Origin: an uncultured Methanosarcinales archaeon
Lineage (GTDB): Archaea > Nanobdellota > Nanobdellia > Woesearchaeales > SKGA01
DNA: 38,887 nt
Assembly (NCBI GenBank): GCA_964498515.1
Contig: CAZCGV010000003.1
Coordinates: 1 to 38,887 of the forward strand
Reading direction: 5' to 3'
Of this stretch, positions 37,497 to 38,887 are shown piece by piece; positions within the stretch are counted from its first letter, which is position 1, and every line of letters begins with the position of its first letter. The notes beneath the pieces were generated by a model. That model did not search any database. It worked only from the letters and a program-made list of their open reading frames with translations, and was not told the DNA's origin. A program made the translations under genes and the position numbers.

Positions 37497-37794
37497 GCTT
37501 TCCCTCCTGTTCTAGTTGTGATTGATACCATCCTAAAATAGGTAACCATTTACCATTGCACCTTACAAGCCACTTTCCATCAACAACACAAACATTTTCA
37601 TAATCTTTTTTATAATGAGCCAATTCAATAGCCTTTAGTGTTATAGAGTTTTGTTCTAACTGACTCAACTTTTCAAACGCCTCTTTGTAGCTTCTTTTTA
37701 AATCGTCAATATCTACATTTTCGCTTAAATCACAATTTTCTTCTATTTCAAATTGAGATATAGCTAACACATTTCTAATTTCCATTGCTTTCAT
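37489..37794 (-). CDS. Hypothetical 101-aa protein
   Basis: ORF in the early region. Confidence 0.6.
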   Translation of the reverse strand: MKAMEIRNVLAISQFEIEENCDLSENVDIDDLKRSYKEAFEKLSQLEQNSITLKAIELAHYKKDYENVCVVDGKWLVRCNGKWLPILGWYQSQLEQEGKHE

Positions 37795-37796
37795 GT

Positions 37797-37952
37797 TTAC
37801 CCCTCCCTATACTCTCTAGGACACTGGCAATATTCATGGTGATACGTGCCATGTATGTCCTGTAACTCACAACTTAATCTTTTGCATAAATCGGATCTTG
37901 CACCTTTGACATTGTTTATGCACCTCTTGGTGCATTTTGGTTTATTGTTCAT
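37797..37952 (-). CDS. Small Cys/His-rich protein, 51 aa (below the cutoff)
   Basis: MNNKPKCTKRCINNVKGARSDLCKRLSCELQDIHGTYHHEYCQCPREYREG. A ggagg RBS lies 6 nt upstream. Confidence 0.45.
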   Translation of the reverse strand: MNNKPKCTKRCINNVKGARSDLCKRLSCELQDIHGTYHHEYCQCPREYREG

Positions 37953-37964
37953 AATTAACCTCCG

Positions 37965-38201
37965 TTAAATCATACCAAAGACACAGTAGCCATCTGCGAT
38001 ACCTTCAAACTCTTCAGAAGTTAATACATAAGTAATTACTCTAAAAGCTCCGCGTCCTGTGTATCTTCTGTTTTCAAATTCTTTTAAATATACATAATCT
38101 CCAACTTTAAAATTACGATCATTTTTCCTAACCTCGAAATTTTTATTACCAGTTGCAACCGCTTCGTAGTATTTAGGTAATATTTTTAACCCGTGTATCA
38201 T
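37965..38201 (-). CDS. ASCH-fold DUF3850-like protein
   Basis: HGLKILPKYYEAVATGNKNFEVRKNDRNFKVGDYVYLKEF..YTGR follows the typical DUF3850 pattern. Confidence 0.75.
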   Translation of the reverse strand: MIHGLKILPKYYEAVATGNKNFEVRKNDRNFKVGDYVYLKEFENRRYTGRGAFRVITYVLTSEEFEGIADGYCVFGMI

Positions 38202-38212
38202 ACTTTACACCT

Positions 38213-38437
38213 CTACCCTTTCATTTCCTCGAGCTCTAATAACGCCTTTTCAATCCGATCTCTTTCCTCGCAATCACTAGCTATATCACTACGCCTTTTA
38301 CCTCTTGTCCTTGGCGTCCCTATGTTAGCGTCAAGTACATTTTGCAACATATCAGATTTACGCTTGATTTTCTTATTGATACTTACTAATGATTTCTCTA
38401 GTCCTGCTTTAGCGTGGTGATATATTAATGTGTTCAT
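38213..38437 (-). CDS. Hypothetical 74-aa basic protein
   Basis: The start was moved to the ATG at 38437, which follows an aaggatggtg RBS. Confidence 0.55.
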   Translation of the reverse strand: MNTLIYHHAKAGLEKSLVSINKKIKRKSDMLQNVLDANIGTPRTRGKRRSDIASDCEERDRIEKALLELEEMKG

Positions 38438-38438
38438 G

Positions 38439-38609
38439 TTATTCACCATCCTTTATTAATTTTAACGGACAATTTACCAATTGGTCTTCCCAACTACAAA
38501 AATAATCATGTGGTTGAAATATGCATGTATCGCAGTTTTCTATTCTAAAATCGCAATTTAAGCAGTGGTGCTTTTCCATTTCAACTACAGTATCTAATTT
38601 GAATTTCAT
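38439..38609 (-). CDS. Cys-rich small protein (56 aa)
   Basis: The start was moved to the ATG at 38609 (ggaggtg RBS, ATGA overlap with the upstream gene). Contains CLNC..C..C..C..C. Confidence 0.55.
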   Translation of the reverse strand: MKFKLDTVVEMEKHHCLNCDFRIENCDTCIFQPHDYFCSWEDQLVNCPLKLIKDGE

Positions 38610-38881
38610 TCCTTCACCTCCACAAATCCCATACAAGCTACTTTTCTTTCATAACATCGACCGCCATGTATTACGCAACTTTTACATTTAGCACAATCTA
38701 ATGTATGGCCATTTCTTAAACTAAATCTATAATGCAAGGTTTCATCATCTGCGAATAGATGTAAGTTGCAATCTAGGCCATTGTTAAAATACGCTTCATC
38801 CTCTCCCTCAGAACAACTTGGTACTGTATATACAAACCTTTCGTCACTTATGCATGTTTGACAGCATTTGGTTGGATTCAT
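38606..38881 (-). CDS. Cys-rich protein (91 aa)
   Basis: CCQTC..C..C..CAKCKSC..C..C. Its first 49 nt lie inside the terminal repeat, so they are duplicated at 1-49. Confidence 0.6.
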   Translation of the reverse strand: MNPTKCCQTCISDERFVYTVPSCSEGEDEAYFNNGLDCNLHLFADDETLHYRFSLRNGHTLDCAKCKSCVIHGGRCYERKVACMGFVEVKE

Positions 38882-38887
38882 TTTACA
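38833..38887. repeat. Terminal direct repeat copy 2 (identical to 1-55)
   Basis: See copy 1. Confidence 0.95.

Overview
The window is one complete tailed-phage genome closed into a circle. The first 55 nt are identical to the last 55 nt, leaving about 38,832 bp of unique sequence. It is AT-rich (GC judged by eye only) and has a siphovirus-like gene order. Every convincing gene is on the minus strand, so transcription runs from high to low coordinates and wraps across the window ends.

Order along the minus strand:
- An early operon starting at 7728: Cro-like HTH, HNH-RHH fusion, RecT, PD-(D/E)XK exonuclease, HerA/DUF87 ATPase, HNH-like protein, YopX, NinB-like protein.
- A replication operon: XRE regulator, replisome organizer with internal iterons, G39P-like loader.
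- Across the junction, a run of small and often Cys-rich early proteins, with ASCH/DUF3850, RusA and an N6/N4 DNA methyltransferase.
- terS, terL and portal.
- A 3.7-kb accessory island with its own promoters and terminators: a multi-TRD C5 methyltransferase, a 290-aa orphan, a duplicated cassette and an Xis-like HTH.
- Head-morphogenesis gene, tRNA-Asn, then scaffold, capsid, connector and tail genes and the tape measure.
- A free-standing GIY-YIG homing endonuclease, then tail-tip and fibre genes.
- An M15-SLH endolysin and holin cassette.

I saw no integrase, DNA polymerase, helicase, primase, reverse transcriptase or CRISPR array. I did not find a single self-evident new defence or anti-defence system.

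The most interesting signals are:
- Both unrelated methyltransferases end in the consensus beta-clamp-binding motif QLSLF.
- A TGCAA-N4-TTGCA operator is wired to five promoters.
- A promoter-leader module is duplicated, with one copy driving the tRNA and the other an orphan small transcript.
- A two-gene cassette of unknown function is present twice.
- The recombination module combines HerA, a nuclease and RecT.

All family calls come from motif recognition by eye, without database searches.
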